NCBI GenBank assembly: GCA_965223335.1
Contig: OZ244991.1
Span: forward strand, 324,137 to 388,136
From: Thermodesulfobacteriota bacterium
GTDB lineage: Bacteria; Desulfobacterota_D; UBA1144; Nemesobacterales; UBA2774
DNA: 64,000 nt
Direction: 5' to 3'
Shown here: positions 46,187 through 55,996 of the stretch, one piece after another
Layout: each line of letters opens with the position of its first letter
How positions within the stretch are numbered: position 1 is the first letter of the stretch
Notes under the pieces: generated by a model
Told to the model about the DNA's origin: nothing
The model's input: only the letters and a program-made list of their open reading frames with translations
Database searches by the model: none
Program-made: the position numbers and the translations under genes

Positions 46187-48610
46187 ATGTTTATAGAGAT
46201 AAAACGAATGAGGGAATATAACGCACCGCAGTTTTTTCTATATATAATTGTAGCTGTACTGCTTGTTTCTGGGTTTGCATACCCAAACCAGGCACTTGCT
46301 GATGACGAGTACGAAATCAGTAGACTATTTGCAGCAACTGAGGACCCCGACCCCAAAGTACGCGCCAAAGCACTCCAGCAGATCTCGAAATTAGACGCCC
46401 AAGAGCATATACCCGCGCTCATAGAACTTTTGAACAATAACGATGAAATATATACCATAAACAATGTCTTGGGTGCTCTGGGATCAATGGGCAAAGCCTC
46501 GGAGGCACAGGTCCCTATAATTGCAAAGTACTTAACACACGAGGATAAACGTACCAGGAGTACCGCACTACAGGCGCTTGGACAAATAGGCCGACTGAGC
46601 AACAAACAAGCCGCCCCGCTTATAGCACTGCTTAAAGACCCCAATGTTGCAATAAGGATGGCCGCTTCGAGACAGATAGGTTCCAACCCCGATATTTTTA
46701 AGCAGCACTTACCCAAGATAGTAAAATTGCTAGGCGACGAGAACCCCGATATAAAAACGGCAGCACTAGTTGCATTAGGACAGCTAGGCACCGTATCGTC
46801 GGGCTATAAATCCAAGATTGCAAAACTCACACAAGACGAAAACCCCACGGTCCGTTCAAGTGCGGCTGTGGCACTGGCCGCTATCGGAAACCTTTCTGAG
46901 AGCCAGCTCGATACAATTGTACAACTCACCAACGACAAGGAGAGTTCGGTTAAGGTCCAGGCCATCAATTCACTTGGGATACTAGGGAAAGAAGCCTCGG
47001 CCCAGGCACCAATCGTAATAAGCAACCTTAAGGACAGCAGGAAAAAAGTGCGTTTCGCCGCTACCGATGCGTTGGGAAAGATTGCGAAACAAGACCCTGA
47101 GGTCACTAAATCCGTTGCTAAACTCCTCACAAACCAAAACTACTCAACCCGAGCATTGGGTCTGATAGCACTCAGTGATGTGGGTGAATCGGCAGGGGCT
47201 TACGCCGGGGACGTTGCCAAGAACCTTAAGGACCCCAATATGATAGTCCGTACCTCAGCCCTATCTGTACTATCCAGTATCGGGGAGCAGGGTTATGAGT
47301 ACGCGCCCGATGTGGCAGCGCTACTGGAATCAGAAAATACAAACTTGGCAAAAATCGCTTTGAGCACATTAATAAACATGAAAGGTCCAGCTGGTGATTA
47401 TGCCTCCAACTACTCAGCCCTCTTAACCACACACGACAAACTGCTCAGACTAAACGCCGCCATTGCTTTGGCCAGCATAGGGGACAAAGCAATCCCGGAA
47501 ATCCCCAATATAGTAGAGTTATTGAAAAACCGCGAGATAAAATTTAGAAAAATGGCCTCTTACACCTTGGGGCGTATGGGTGAGCACGCTTCTAGTGCTG
47601 GGCCAATAATCGCAGAGCTACTCAGCGATCCTAACCCCGTGATTCGCTCCTCGGCACTCGATGCACTCGGTAAAATGGGTAAACACGCCACAGATCAAGT
47701 CCCGTCCATCACCCCGCTTCTAGACGATCCCGATAGAGACGTTCGAGCCGATGCGGCGCTAGCACTAGGTCTCATAGGCTCGCTAACCGATGCACAAATC
47801 GACTCCATTGCCAATCTTCTTAATGATAAAGAGAGGGTTGTGCGTGCGAATGCAGCCGAGGCACTGGGCAACCTAAACAAGTCGGCATCGGGCCATGCCC
47901 AAGAAGTAGCGGCACTGCTTAATGACCCCTACCCCCTTGCCAACACAAATGCCGCAAGGACACTTGGGAGTATAGGTATTGCCGACCCCGAGATAACAAA
48001 CGCTCTAGGTCAATTCATTAAATCAAAATCAAACGACTCCGTAACTTACAGAGAAGCGCTCAACGCTGCGCTCGAGTCCCTCAGCTCTCTCGGCAACAGT
48101 GCAAATGAGCAGTCAAAGATAATTGCATCTGTGCTCTATGACCCTGAAGCGGTCATACACCCTCAAGCAAGACTCACACTACAAGACATTGCCCCCCTAG
48201 ACGATGACACAGTGCTCATGATACTGGGACTCACACACAAATACCCCCCGCAAACTGCCGATATTAGAGTGCTTGCGTACAAGATTGCAGGTGATGACCC
48301 CGACACTCTTATTCTCATCAAATGGCTTGGCAGCAGCAAAAACGAGGCTACCGCAGAACTTGCGAAAGATGAAAGAATAAAAATCATTGAGGTTCTGTCT
48401 GCAAAGCTACCTAATAGTGTAATGACCAAAGAACTAAGAGACGAAACCGCCGCTAGAATCTCGAGCCTGATTGAAACCGGCACGGCGAAATGGGCAGCCG
48501 AGGACATCGAAACAGTAGAGTCCGCAGAAACACTCCTTAGGCAGAACGGATACGTAGAGCTGGCCGATAAAGCTGCTGTTACAATTGAGAGCGTGACTAA
48601 AAACAATTAG
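46187..48610 (+). CDS. HEAT (PBS-lyase-type) repeat protein with N-terminal signal/anchor
   Basis: 807 aa. About 20+ repeats of ~31 aa (..D.d..VR..Aa.ALG.iG...a..l..lL.D..). N-terminal hydrophobic segment FFLYIIVAVLLVSGFAYPNQALA/DD. Confidence 0.8.
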   Translation: MFIEIKRMREYNAPQFFLYIIVAVLLVSGFAYPNQALADDEYEISRLFAATEDPDPKVRAKALQQISKLDAQEHIPALIELLNNNDEIYTINNVLGALGSMGKASEAQVPIIAKYLTHEDKRTRSTALQALGQIGRLSNKQAAPLIALLKDPNVAIRMAASRQIGSNPDIFKQHLPKIVKLLGDENPDIKTAALVALGQLGTVSSGYKSKIAKLTQDENPTVRSSAAVALAAIGNLSESQLDTIVQLTNDKESSVKVQAINSLGILGKEASAQAPIVISNLKDSRKKVRFAATDALGKIAKQDPEVTKSVAKLLTNQNYSTRALGLIALSDVGESAGAYAGDVAKNLKDPNMIVRTSALSVLSSIGEQGYEYAPDVAALLESENTNLAKIALSTLINMKGPAGDYASNYSALLTTHDKLLRLNAAIALASIGDKAIPEIPNIVELLKNREIKFRKMASYTLGRMGEHASSAGPIIAELLSDPNPVIRSSALDALGKMGKHATDQVPSITPLLDDPDRDVRADAALALGLIGSLTDAQIDSIANLLNDKERVVRANAAEALGNLNKSASGHAQEVAALLNDPYPLANTNAARTLGSIGIADPEITNALGQFIKSKSNDSVTYREALNAALESLSSLGNSANEQSKIIASVLYDPEAVIHPQARLTLQDIAPLDDDTVLMILGLTHKYPPQTADIRVLAYKIAGDDPDTLILIKWLGSSKNEATAELAKDERIKIIEVLSAKLPNSVMTKELRDETAARISSLIETGTAKWAAEDIETVESAETLLRQNGYVELADKAAVTIESVTKNN

Positions 48611-48670
48611 TATCGCCCCTAATTTCCCAAACAGACTTACTACCAGGTATCATTACCCGGTCAATCAATT

Positions 48671-48710
48671 AGAGCCCCGAGACGACTAATCCGGGCTCTA
48701 TATCTTAATT
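48671..48710 (+). terminator. Weak candidate terminator after the HEAT gene
   Basis: agagccc..15-nt loop..gggctct, followed by a T-containing tract atatcttaattt. Confidence 0.3.
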
Positions 48711-48746
48711 TGCCCTTAATCGACACATTAATATTTAGGTAACAAT

Positions 48747-50009
48747 ATGCAGGAAAGAAAAACTTTTTACGGATGGTATATAGTTGCAGCATCACTGTTT
48801 TTAATCATGCTCGACGGTATGCTGCTATATTCGTTCGGGGTTTTCCTGCCCTATCTAAATGACGACTTCGGTATGTCTCGTGGAGTGGGGTCGTCTCTGT
48901 TCTCATTCAGATCACTAGTGCTTGCGTTCTCTCTCACACTCGCGGGTAAGCTCGTAGATAAATACGACCCGAGGGCGGTTATATTCGGCGGTGGGCTAAT
49001 AACCGCTTTTGGCATGTTCATGTCGGGCTATGCAACCACGGTGTGGGAACTCTATCTATACTACGGATTTGTAGTAGGACTCGGCGACGGTGTCCTATAC
49101 ATAACATGTGTAGCTATTGTAAGCAGGTGGTTTGTAAAAAGAAGGGCATTTGCAATCGGAATTGTAACCACAGGTGTACCGCTTAGCGGGTTGATTACAA
49201 ATCCGCTTACAGCTTGGCTCATAAACGATTTCGGATTTAGAAACGCTCTTTTTATCATAGCCGGGATAGTGCTTCTGGTAAGTTTAAACGCATTTGTACT
49301 CAGGGGATACCCGCACGAAAAGAACCTTAAACCCTACGGGGCTTCAGATGATGATGACCTTCATACCGACGAGAGCGGTGTCAAGGTTAAAACCCGTGAC
49401 TGGACTTTCACCGAAGCGATACGCTCCTCGAGCTTTTGGGTCCTCTATTCTATGTACCTGCTCAGTTTTATAACATTTATTATTGTTGTGACACAGTTTT
49501 ATAATTTCGAGATAGACGTAGGAATATCTGCACTGGCCGCTGCAGGCCCGCCCGCAGCCATAGGAATAGGAAGCATCATAGGACGTGTGGTACTCTCGGG
49601 GCTATTAACTGAGATGATTGATAGCCGAAAAGTGCTATTCATCTGCTATATATTCCAAGGGAGTTCAATCCTCTTGCTGCTTACCCTCGATCAAATATGG
49701 GCTTTTTATATATTCGGTATCATGTTCGGGTTTTTCTATAGCGGCTGTGTTCCCATATTCCCCAATCTATTGGGCCAGTACTTTGGCCTTGCCGCTTTAG
49801 GTACAATATATGGATTCTTCGGCACATCATACTCCATATCCGCCATATCGGGTCCAATTATTGCCGGTACTATTCACGACATAACAGGCAGTTACAACTA
49901 TGCATTCATATTCGCGATGGTCTGCTGCTATCTGGCGGCCGCAGCTAGTTTTTTTGTGAAAGCCCCCAGGAAAAAAGCCCTAATAGAAACAGAACCCACA
50001 TACTCATAA
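48747..50009 (+). CDS. MFS transporter (oxalate/formate antiporter-like)
   Basis: 420 aa, 12 TM in two halves separated by a charged loop (HEKNLKPYGASDDDD). Motif A-like G.L.D.Y.PR. Confidence 0.8.
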   Translation: MQERKTFYGWYIVAASLFLIMLDGMLLYSFGVFLPYLNDDFGMSRGVGSSLFSFRSLVLAFSLTLAGKLVDKYDPRAVIFGGGLITAFGMFMSGYATTVWELYLYYGFVVGLGDGVLYITCVAIVSRWFVKRRAFAIGIVTTGVPLSGLITNPLTAWLINDFGFRNALFIIAGIVLLVSLNAFVLRGYPHEKNLKPYGASDDDDLHTDESGVKVKTRDWTFTEAIRSSSFWVLYSMYLLSFITFIIVVTQFYNFEIDVGISALAAAGPPAAIGIGSIIGRVVLSGLLTEMIDSRKVLFICYIFQGSSILLLLTLDQIWAFYIFGIMFGFFYSGCVPIFPNLLGQYFGLAALGTIYGFFGTSYSISAISGPIIAGTIHDITGSYNYAFIFAMVCCYLAAAASFFVKAPRKKALIETEPTYS

Positions 50010-50077
50010 AATTACTTAGAGGATATAACTAAGTTGTGTTTAGGCTTGTTTAATAAGTCCTGTAAAATTAAATAGCA

Positions 50078-51544
50078 ATGCCAACCCATTCAACTGAACT
50101 CGAAAACCTATTAAGACACATACTAAAAGAATCCTACCATGACCACGGGGGTCTGGTACTTAAAACCGATTATAAATCCATTTTTGAATCCGCACCCGAA
50201 TACTCCGATCCAAGCACCTTCATCTCATTTAGCGCTAGCGACTCGGGGCCCACGGATGCTCCGGCGAATTCAGCCCAGAGACTTTACCGAAACCTCATAT
50301 CCGATCTCTACCTCGATAGCGGGACATCAAATTATCAAGACGAACTAAAATCTTACGAGACCAGCGAGAGTTATTCCATCGACCAACGCCGGATAACGTT
50401 TCGCCAATCTACTGAGGCAATTAAGGAGAGCCCCAAAAAAAACAGCAGACAAGAGATTGAAAACTATCGTGAGCAAACACATAACAAATGGAATCGGATC
50501 AAGACAAAATGGTTAGAAGCCCTATACAAACGACTAGACGACATAGGGCTAGGCGGTAGAAACCCCTACTTTGAAATGAAGACCGGGTTAAATCTCGATC
50601 AACTCCGAGCTAGTGCCTCGAGCTTTCTTAATCAGACCGAGTATGTGTATAAAGACCTGCTAAGATGGTTCCTCAAGAAAAAATTGGGGTTGGATATAAA
50701 GAGTGCCAAGAACCACGACCTCATTTGCCTGCTAAATTCATTTGAACTAGAAGGCCAATTCCCCAATACTAGAGCCGCTGCTTTCATCGCAAAATTCTTA
50801 GACCCGCTTTTTATCGACTCAGAAAACATAACTATTGACGATGCCAAGAGGTCCAACAAAATCCCAAAACCCGTTTCATTTCCACTGGACCCGCCTTCTC
50901 AGATCATCATGAGTATCTATCCCCAAAATGGTATCGAGTTCTACGAATCGCTTCTAAGCTCGCTTGGAACCTCTCTATGCTACTCATTTGCGAACAAAGA
51001 TTATGCCTATCTAAATAGGGTGCTTAGAGACGGTCTTGTTCTGTCCACAATTGGTGAACTACTCCAAGACCTAGCGTACAAACCCCTTTGGCTTAAGAAA
51101 TATATGCACCTCGACCTACAAAAGGACTTTAAGAACTTCCTCTACCTAAGAAAGCTTGCCCGAGTGCGCAGCACAGCAGGTCACCTGCTGTACGAACTAA
51201 CGCTTAATAGCGACATTGACCCCGACAGCTCCGCCCGATACGTAGAAATGATGGGACAGGCAACCCTCTGCCAATGCAACGAATTCGATTACCTGATTGA
51301 GATAGATAAGGATATCGCCCCTGCATACAAATTCGCAGGAATGCAGCTCTCGGCAGTGATGCACAAGGTGCTCAAGGAATCATTTGATGAGCAGTGGTGG
51401 CGCACACCGGAAGCAGGCACCTACCTCAAGAATATATGGGACAAGGGTGGGGATTACGGCATCTCAGATCTACTTGATGCATTGGATATAGATCGCCCCA
51501 AAATAGACCCCGTCGTTAACACCTTCGAAGAGGTGCTGGGATAA
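50078..51544 (+). CDS. Hypothetical protein (no recognised domain)
   Basis: 488-aa ORF with coding-like composition. No TM segment and no catalytic motif that I can recognise. Confidence 0.55.
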   Translation: MPTHSTELENLLRHILKESYHDHGGLVLKTDYKSIFESAPEYSDPSTFISFSASDSGPTDAPANSAQRLYRNLISDLYLDSGTSNYQDELKSYETSESYSIDQRRITFRQSTEAIKESPKKNSRQEIENYREQTHNKWNRIKTKWLEALYKRLDDIGLGGRNPYFEMKTGLNLDQLRASASSFLNQTEYVYKDLLRWFLKKKLGLDIKSAKNHDLICLLNSFELEGQFPNTRAAAFIAKFLDPLFIDSENITIDDAKRSNKIPKPVSFPLDPPSQIIMSIYPQNGIEFYESLLSSLGTSLCYSFANKDYAYLNRVLRDGLVLSTIGELLQDLAYKPLWLKKYMHLDLQKDFKNFLYLRKLARVRSTAGHLLYELTLNSDIDPDSSARYVEMMGQATLCQCNEFDYLIEIDKDIAPAYKFAGMQLSAVMHKVLKESFDEQWWRTPEAGTYLKNIWDKGGDYGISDLLDALDIDRPKIDPVVNTFEEVLG

Positions 51545-51579
51545 AGATTGCATTGCCCCTAAGACTTCATCTGTAAGTT

Positions 51580-52596
51580 CTAAGGGTTTAGAATCACCTT
51601 GCCGAACTGTGTTTTATCCTCTAGCATCTTCTGTGCTGCTATAGCCTCGGATAGAGGGAATTTCTTATCGATCACAGGCTTTATGTTGCCGAGAGATACC
51701 AAGTTAATGACATTTACCAGGTTGCTGCGGGGTGCGTTAAACACAGTTACTCCAAGCACCGATATATCCCGCATTATTACCGGGCCGAAATTAAAGGTGG
51801 TCTGTCCACCCCCAACGACACCGACCAAAAGCAATCGGCCCCCTCCGCAGAGGGACTTGAGGTTATTATCCCAATGTGCTGCCCCAACCAGATCAAATAT
51901 TACATCAACGCCTCTTTTGTCAGTAATGTTTTTGACCTCTTCGGCAAAGTCAGCGGTTTTATAGTTTATTGTATAGTCAGCCCCAATAGCCTTTACCTTC
52001 TCTAATTTTTCATCGCTTCCTGCCGTAGCAATCACCGTGGCACCACCCTCTTTAGCCACCTGTACCGCAGCACTGCCCGTCCCGCTGCCCGCAGCATGCA
52101 CCAAGACAGTCTCACCCTTCTCTAACCCGCCCCTATTAAAGAGCCCGTACCAGGCAGTCACATAACCTACTGGCAACACCGCCGCATCATCAAACGACAG
52201 GTCATCCGGGATGGGAACAACATTACTGGAAGGCACTGCCACGTACTCTGCAAACCCCCCATAGAGGTTGACCCCTACTACCTGAAACCCTTTACCGACC
52301 CTTATCGTGGGGTCTATCAATACCCTTGTACCCTCTTTTAGGTCCTGGACATTCTTGCCGACCGCAGCTACCTCACCCGCAATATCTATCCCGCCTATAT
52401 GCGGCAGGTCCACCGGCCTTGGCGACTTCCCCGACCGCAGCCTTAGATCCAAGTGGTTAAGCGCCACTGCCCTAACACGGACCAATGCTTCATCGTCACC
52501 GATCTCTGGATCCGGCACATCTTCGAATTTCAATACATCTACATCACCGACTTCATGATAACGGATCGCTTTCATAACCCACTGCCTCCTGGTCAA
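51580..52596 (-). CDS. Zinc-type alcohol dehydrogenase/NADPH:quinone oxidoreductase (MDR superfamily)
   Basis: GIDIAGEV, LVHAAGSGTGSAAVQVAK nucleotide fold, and C-terminal FGKVIL. Confidence 0.85.
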   Translation of the reverse strand: MTRRQWVMKAIRYHEVGDVDVLKFEDVPDPEIGDDEALVRVRAVALNHLDLRLRSGKSPRPVDLPHIGGIDIAGEVAAVGKNVQDLKEGTRVLIDPTIRVGKGFQVVGVNLYGGFAEYVAVPSSNVVPIPDDLSFDDAAVLPVGYVTAWYGLFNRGGLEKGETVLVHAAGSGTGSAAVQVAKEGGATVIATAGSDEKLEKVKAIGADYTINYKTADFAEEVKNITDKRGVDVIFDLVGAAHWDNNLKSLCGGGRLLLVGVVGGGQTTFNFGPVIMRDISVLGVTVFNAPRSNLVNVINLVSLGNIKPVIDKKFPLSEAIAAQKMLEDKTQFGKVILNP

Positions 52597-52684
52597 AATT
52601 GGTATGAATCCACACTATTTTACACAGTTTTCAATAAGTTGGACAATTGAAGACACCCCTATCCTATGATACCTTTTCTTTGTT

Positions 52685-52948
52685 ATGTTTGGCGTAGGCA
52701 CAACAGAGATTGCTATCATATTACTAATAGCACTTTTGGTACTGGGGCCCAAAGAGATCCCCAAAATCGCACGTACACTCGGGCGGGGGCTTAGGGAAAT
52801 CGAGAGGGCAAAGGACGAACTAAAAGAGAGCATCGAGTTCGATATTGAAGAGGATAACAAAAAAGAGGTAAAAGAGCCCGAGTCCGCACAACCCAAAGAC
52901 ACAAACCACACTAAATACGAAGACAACCTGGATGAACTCACAAAGTGA
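52685..52948 (+). CDS. TatA/TatB-family Sec-independent translocase subunit (TatB-like)
   Basis: MFGVGTTEIAIILLIALLVLGPKEIPKIARTLGRGLREI followed by an acidic tail. Confidence 0.8.
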   Translation: MFGVGTTEIAIILLIALLVLGPKEIPKIARTLGRGLREIERAKDELKESIEFDIEEDNKKEVKEPESAQPKDTNHTKYEDNLDELTK

Positions 52949-52983
52949 GTTCAACTAAAAATTAGATATATAGTACTATCCGT

Positions 52984-54822
52984 TCAAAATGCCTGGCCGA
53001 TACTTATGAAGAACTGCACTCTTCTAATTCCCGGCTCCGGGTTAAGCGCATAACCGACATCGAAGCGCACAGGCCCTATTATCGTATCGTACCGCAGCCC
53101 TGCCCCAGGTGCATACTTTAAATTGTTGAATTGAAAGTCCCACTCCTTGGTAAACACGTTACCGTAATCCAAAAACGCCACACCCCCGAAGTCCCCGTAA
53201 ATAGGGAACCTAACCTCAAAACTGCCCACAAATAGCGTATTACCACCTAGGGGATCGTTATTTTGATCGAGCGGCCCTAGTTTTTGAAACGGGAAGCCCC
53301 TCATGCTGGTGCTACCCCCTGCAAAAAACCGCTTGAATATAGGAATGTCTAGGGTGCCGGTGGACCCGAAAGGCTGAATCACACCAGTAGTAAGCCGTTT
53401 GGCAAACACCACGTTGTAGAGCTTCTTATAACCCCTAAGCTCTATGGTCCCTTTCAGGTAATTCACATCCGAGGCCAATGCGGTAAATGACGATTCCAAC
53501 CCCGTAGACACAACACTACCTCGTGTGGGGTTGAGCAAGCTGTCTGTGGTGTCGCGCTCAAGGCCAAAGTTAAAGAACGTTAAGAAAAAGTTCTCTCTAC
53601 TTTGCTCCTCAGGAGTCCTGGATGCACTGTTTTCCACTTTTGAAAACTGGATATTGAAAGAGCCGAAAGAGCTGTAGTATTTTTTAAAATCCTTACTGAA
53701 TCTACCAGAACTGAGAAAGCTTTGACCTGTAAAACTAGGCACGTCATCACGCTGAAAATTAAGGCTTGCGGACAACTCCGAGTCCCTACCCCACACAAAG
53801 GGCTGGAATATGGCGGCCTCGACCCTCTGTGTAATAAACGAGAACTTCCCCGACAGTTCAAACCTCCTACCGTCTCCAAAAAAATTCCTCTGTGTCCATA
53901 TGATCTGTCCCCTCAGTTTATCCTCTGTACCAAATCCACCCCCTACTTTGATACTGCCCAGCTTGCGCTCTTTTACCGATATGATGATATTGGCAATATT
54001 TTCCTCGTCCTCATATTCGGTATCAATTACAACAGATCTAAATAGCCCCAACTGAAATATCTTAGCCTGAGTCTCGTTTACCTTCTCTGCGGAGTAACTC
54101 TCACCCTTTTTATATGTAGCCTCGCGGTTTACAATATATGCCTTAACCCTCTTGTTGCCTCTAATCTTGGTAACACCGAAATTGTACGATTCACCCGGTT
54201 CGACATTAAATTTAACTTTTGCCCATTTCTCGCGTCGGTTTACAAGGGCTTCACCTTTAATATCCGATTTTGGGTAGCCGTCGTTGGCCAAGACCTCGGA
54301 CATTACATTCTTGGTCTGCTGATATGCATTGGGAGAAAAAACCTTGCCCTCCTTAAGTGGTATTGCCGATCGAATCTCCTTTTGAATCTCTTTGTCCAGA
54401 GCTCGAATTCCCAGGTTGAGTTTAGTAAGCTCTATAGGCTCTCCTTCATCGATATCTATCTCGATCTTCACCCTGGTTTTATCTTTGTTGTATTCAAGCT
54501 TATAGGTGACTTGCGCATCGTAGTACCCATTGTTTGCGTAGAGCCGCTTAATACGCACCAGGTCGTCTTTTAAAATCTCCTCGTCGAATTCGGGTTTTTT
54601 TGCCCAGGGTTTTATAGAGGGGAAATCGGTGCCAATACTCTCCTGAATATCCTCTTTCGTTACCGCTTCTCCGCCTTTGATCTTAAGCTTGGATATCCTG
54701 ACCGAAGGGATTTGATCCTCTGCTGTTTCTTGGTTTTCCTGCGACAACAAGCTCTTGGGGAGCAGGAAAAAAGCAAACAACATTATGATAATGACTATAA
54801 ATTTAGAGTTAGCGTTAATCAT
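52984..54822 (-). CDS. Omp85-family outer-membrane assembly protein (BamA/TamA-like, about 3 POTRA)
   Basis: 612 aa. Signal peptide, POTRA-like repeats, and a bacterial surface antigen barrel ending FFISIGQAF. Too short for a canonical 5-POTRA BamA. Confidence 0.8.
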   Translation of the reverse strand: MINANSKFIVIIIMLFAFFLLPKSLLSQENQETAEDQIPSVRISKLKIKGGEAVTKEDIQESIGTDFPSIKPWAKKPEFDEEILKDDLVRIKRLYANNGYYDAQVTYKLEYNKDKTRVKIEIDIDEGEPIELTKLNLGIRALDKEIQKEIRSAIPLKEGKVFSPNAYQQTKNVMSEVLANDGYPKSDIKGEALVNRREKWAKVKFNVEPGESYNFGVTKIRGNKRVKAYIVNREATYKKGESYSAEKVNETQAKIFQLGLFRSVVIDTEYEDEENIANIIISVKERKLGSIKVGGGFGTEDKLRGQIIWTQRNFFGDGRRFELSGKFSFITQRVEAAIFQPFVWGRDSELSASLNFQRDDVPSFTGQSFLSSGRFSKDFKKYYSSFGSFNIQFSKVENSASRTPEEQSRENFFLTFFNFGLERDTTDSLLNPTRGSVVSTGLESSFTALASDVNYLKGTIELRGYKKLYNVVFAKRLTTGVIQPFGSTGTLDIPIFKRFFAGGSTSMRGFPFQKLGPLDQNNDPLGGNTLFVGSFEVRFPIYGDFGGVAFLDYGNVFTKEWDFQFNNLKYAPGAGLRYDTIIGPVRFDVGYALNPEPGIRRVQFFISIGQAF

Positions 54823-54970
54823 GTAACGAACTAGAATAGTAAGTGTGAAGTATACTACTTGAAGTAGATTGAACTTTTATTATGCTCAGCTTGCTTTAAT
54901 ATGCAAGTAAAACTTTCTTAAGCCTACATTTAATAACTATTTTATTCACAAAACAATCGCACCGACCCGC

Positions 54971-55000
54971 TTGACAATCACGTATCCATGTCTTTATACT
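54971..55000 (+). promoter_or_regulatory. Sigma70-type promoter of the cytochrome oxidase operon
   Basis: TTGACA (54971-76), 18-nt spacer, TATACT (54995-55000). Confidence 0.45.
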
Positions 55001-55057
55001 CACTTTTGCAAATAACATAAATCCCATATGCATTAACGAATAGCACCACCCATAACT

Positions 55058-55996
55058 ATGGAAAAGTTAGGCGGCATATTCAACCCAAGTTCTTCTGAGA
55101 TGGAAGCGATGGCTGCTCTAACCAACTACACCATATTCATCACAGCCGCTATTTTACTAATAATAGTCGTAGCCCTTGTATATATCATAATTCGTTTCAG
55201 GCATACTTCCGGCGATAATACAGAGCCGTATCAAGATTTCGGCAGTCTCAAACTGGAAATCACATGGACTGTCATACCCATAATTATAGTTGCGGCACTG
55301 TTTTTTCTGACCGTAAAAACGATGCATGCCGTAGACCCTCCGACCAGGGGCAAGGAGCCCGACCTGGTGGTCATAGGTCACCAGTGGTGGTGGGAGCTCT
55401 ACTACCCCAAATCGGGTGTTTTGACCGCAAACGAAGTACACATCCCCGCGGGCAAGAAGCTTTTGGTCCGCCTCGAATCCATAGACGTTATTCACGATTT
55501 CTGGATACCGGAACTGGCCCGCAAAATCGACCTCGTTCCCGGCCATCCCAATCACATATGGATTGAAGCGTCCGAGCCCGGTGTGTACTTGGGTGCGTGT
55601 GCCGAGTTCTGTGGCACACAACACGCCAACATGCGCATAAAAGTAATTGCTCAAACCCAAGAAGAATTTGATACATGGGAAAAAGAGGAACTAAAAGTAC
55701 CGCCCTCCCCCTCATCGGGCGAAGCACAGCTAGGCGCAGAACTGTTCCAGAGCAAGGCATGTATGAACTGCCATACAATACTCGGTACCGGAGCATCCGC
55801 CAGGGTGGGCCCCAGCCTCACCCACCTAGCCAATAGAACAACCATAGGTGCCGGAGTGCTAAGTTATTCACCCGAGAACCTGGCAAAATGGCTTCTTAAC
55901 CCGGAGGCCTATAAACCGGGGTCACTAATGCCCAACATGAAACTCACCGAAGCAGAAGTAAAAGCACTAGTAGCTTATTTAGGAGGGCTTAAATGA
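55058..55996 (+). CDS. ctaC: Cytochrome c oxidase subunit II with fused C-terminal cytochrome c (caa3-type)
   Basis: CuA site HDFWIPEL...CAEFCGTQHANM. Heme-c motif CMNCH (55760-55774) and a distal Met in SLMPNM. Confidence 0.9.
   Translation: MEKLGGIFNPSSSEMEAMAALTNYTIFITAAILLIIVVALVYIIIRFRHTSGDNTEPYQDFGSLKLEITWTVIPIIIVAALFFLTVKTMHAVDPPTRGKEPDLVVIGHQWWWELYYPKSGVLTANEVHIPAGKKLLVRLESIDVIHDFWIPELARKIDLVPGHPNHIWIEASEPGVYLGACAEFCGTQHANMRIKVIAQTQEEFDTWEKEELKVPPSPSSGEAQLGAELFQSKACMNCHTILGTGASARVGPSLTHLANRTTIGAGVLSYSPENLAKWLLNPEAYKPGSLMPNMKLTEAEVKALVAYLGGLK

Noticed and set aside
46129-46791. 220-aa minus-strand ORF overlapping the start of the HEAT-repeat gene.
   Set aside because: Its Ser/Ala/Cys-rich low-complexity translation is typical of the antisense of Ala/Leu-rich HEAT repeats. 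The plus-strand gene has an SD and coherent repeats.
52984-54822. Considered calling this gene tamA with a missing tamB as an anomaly.
   Set aside because: The length and about 3 POTRA domains fit TamA-like proteins, but I cannot distinguish TamA from a short BamA by eye. The absence of tamB nearby is not informative within a single window.
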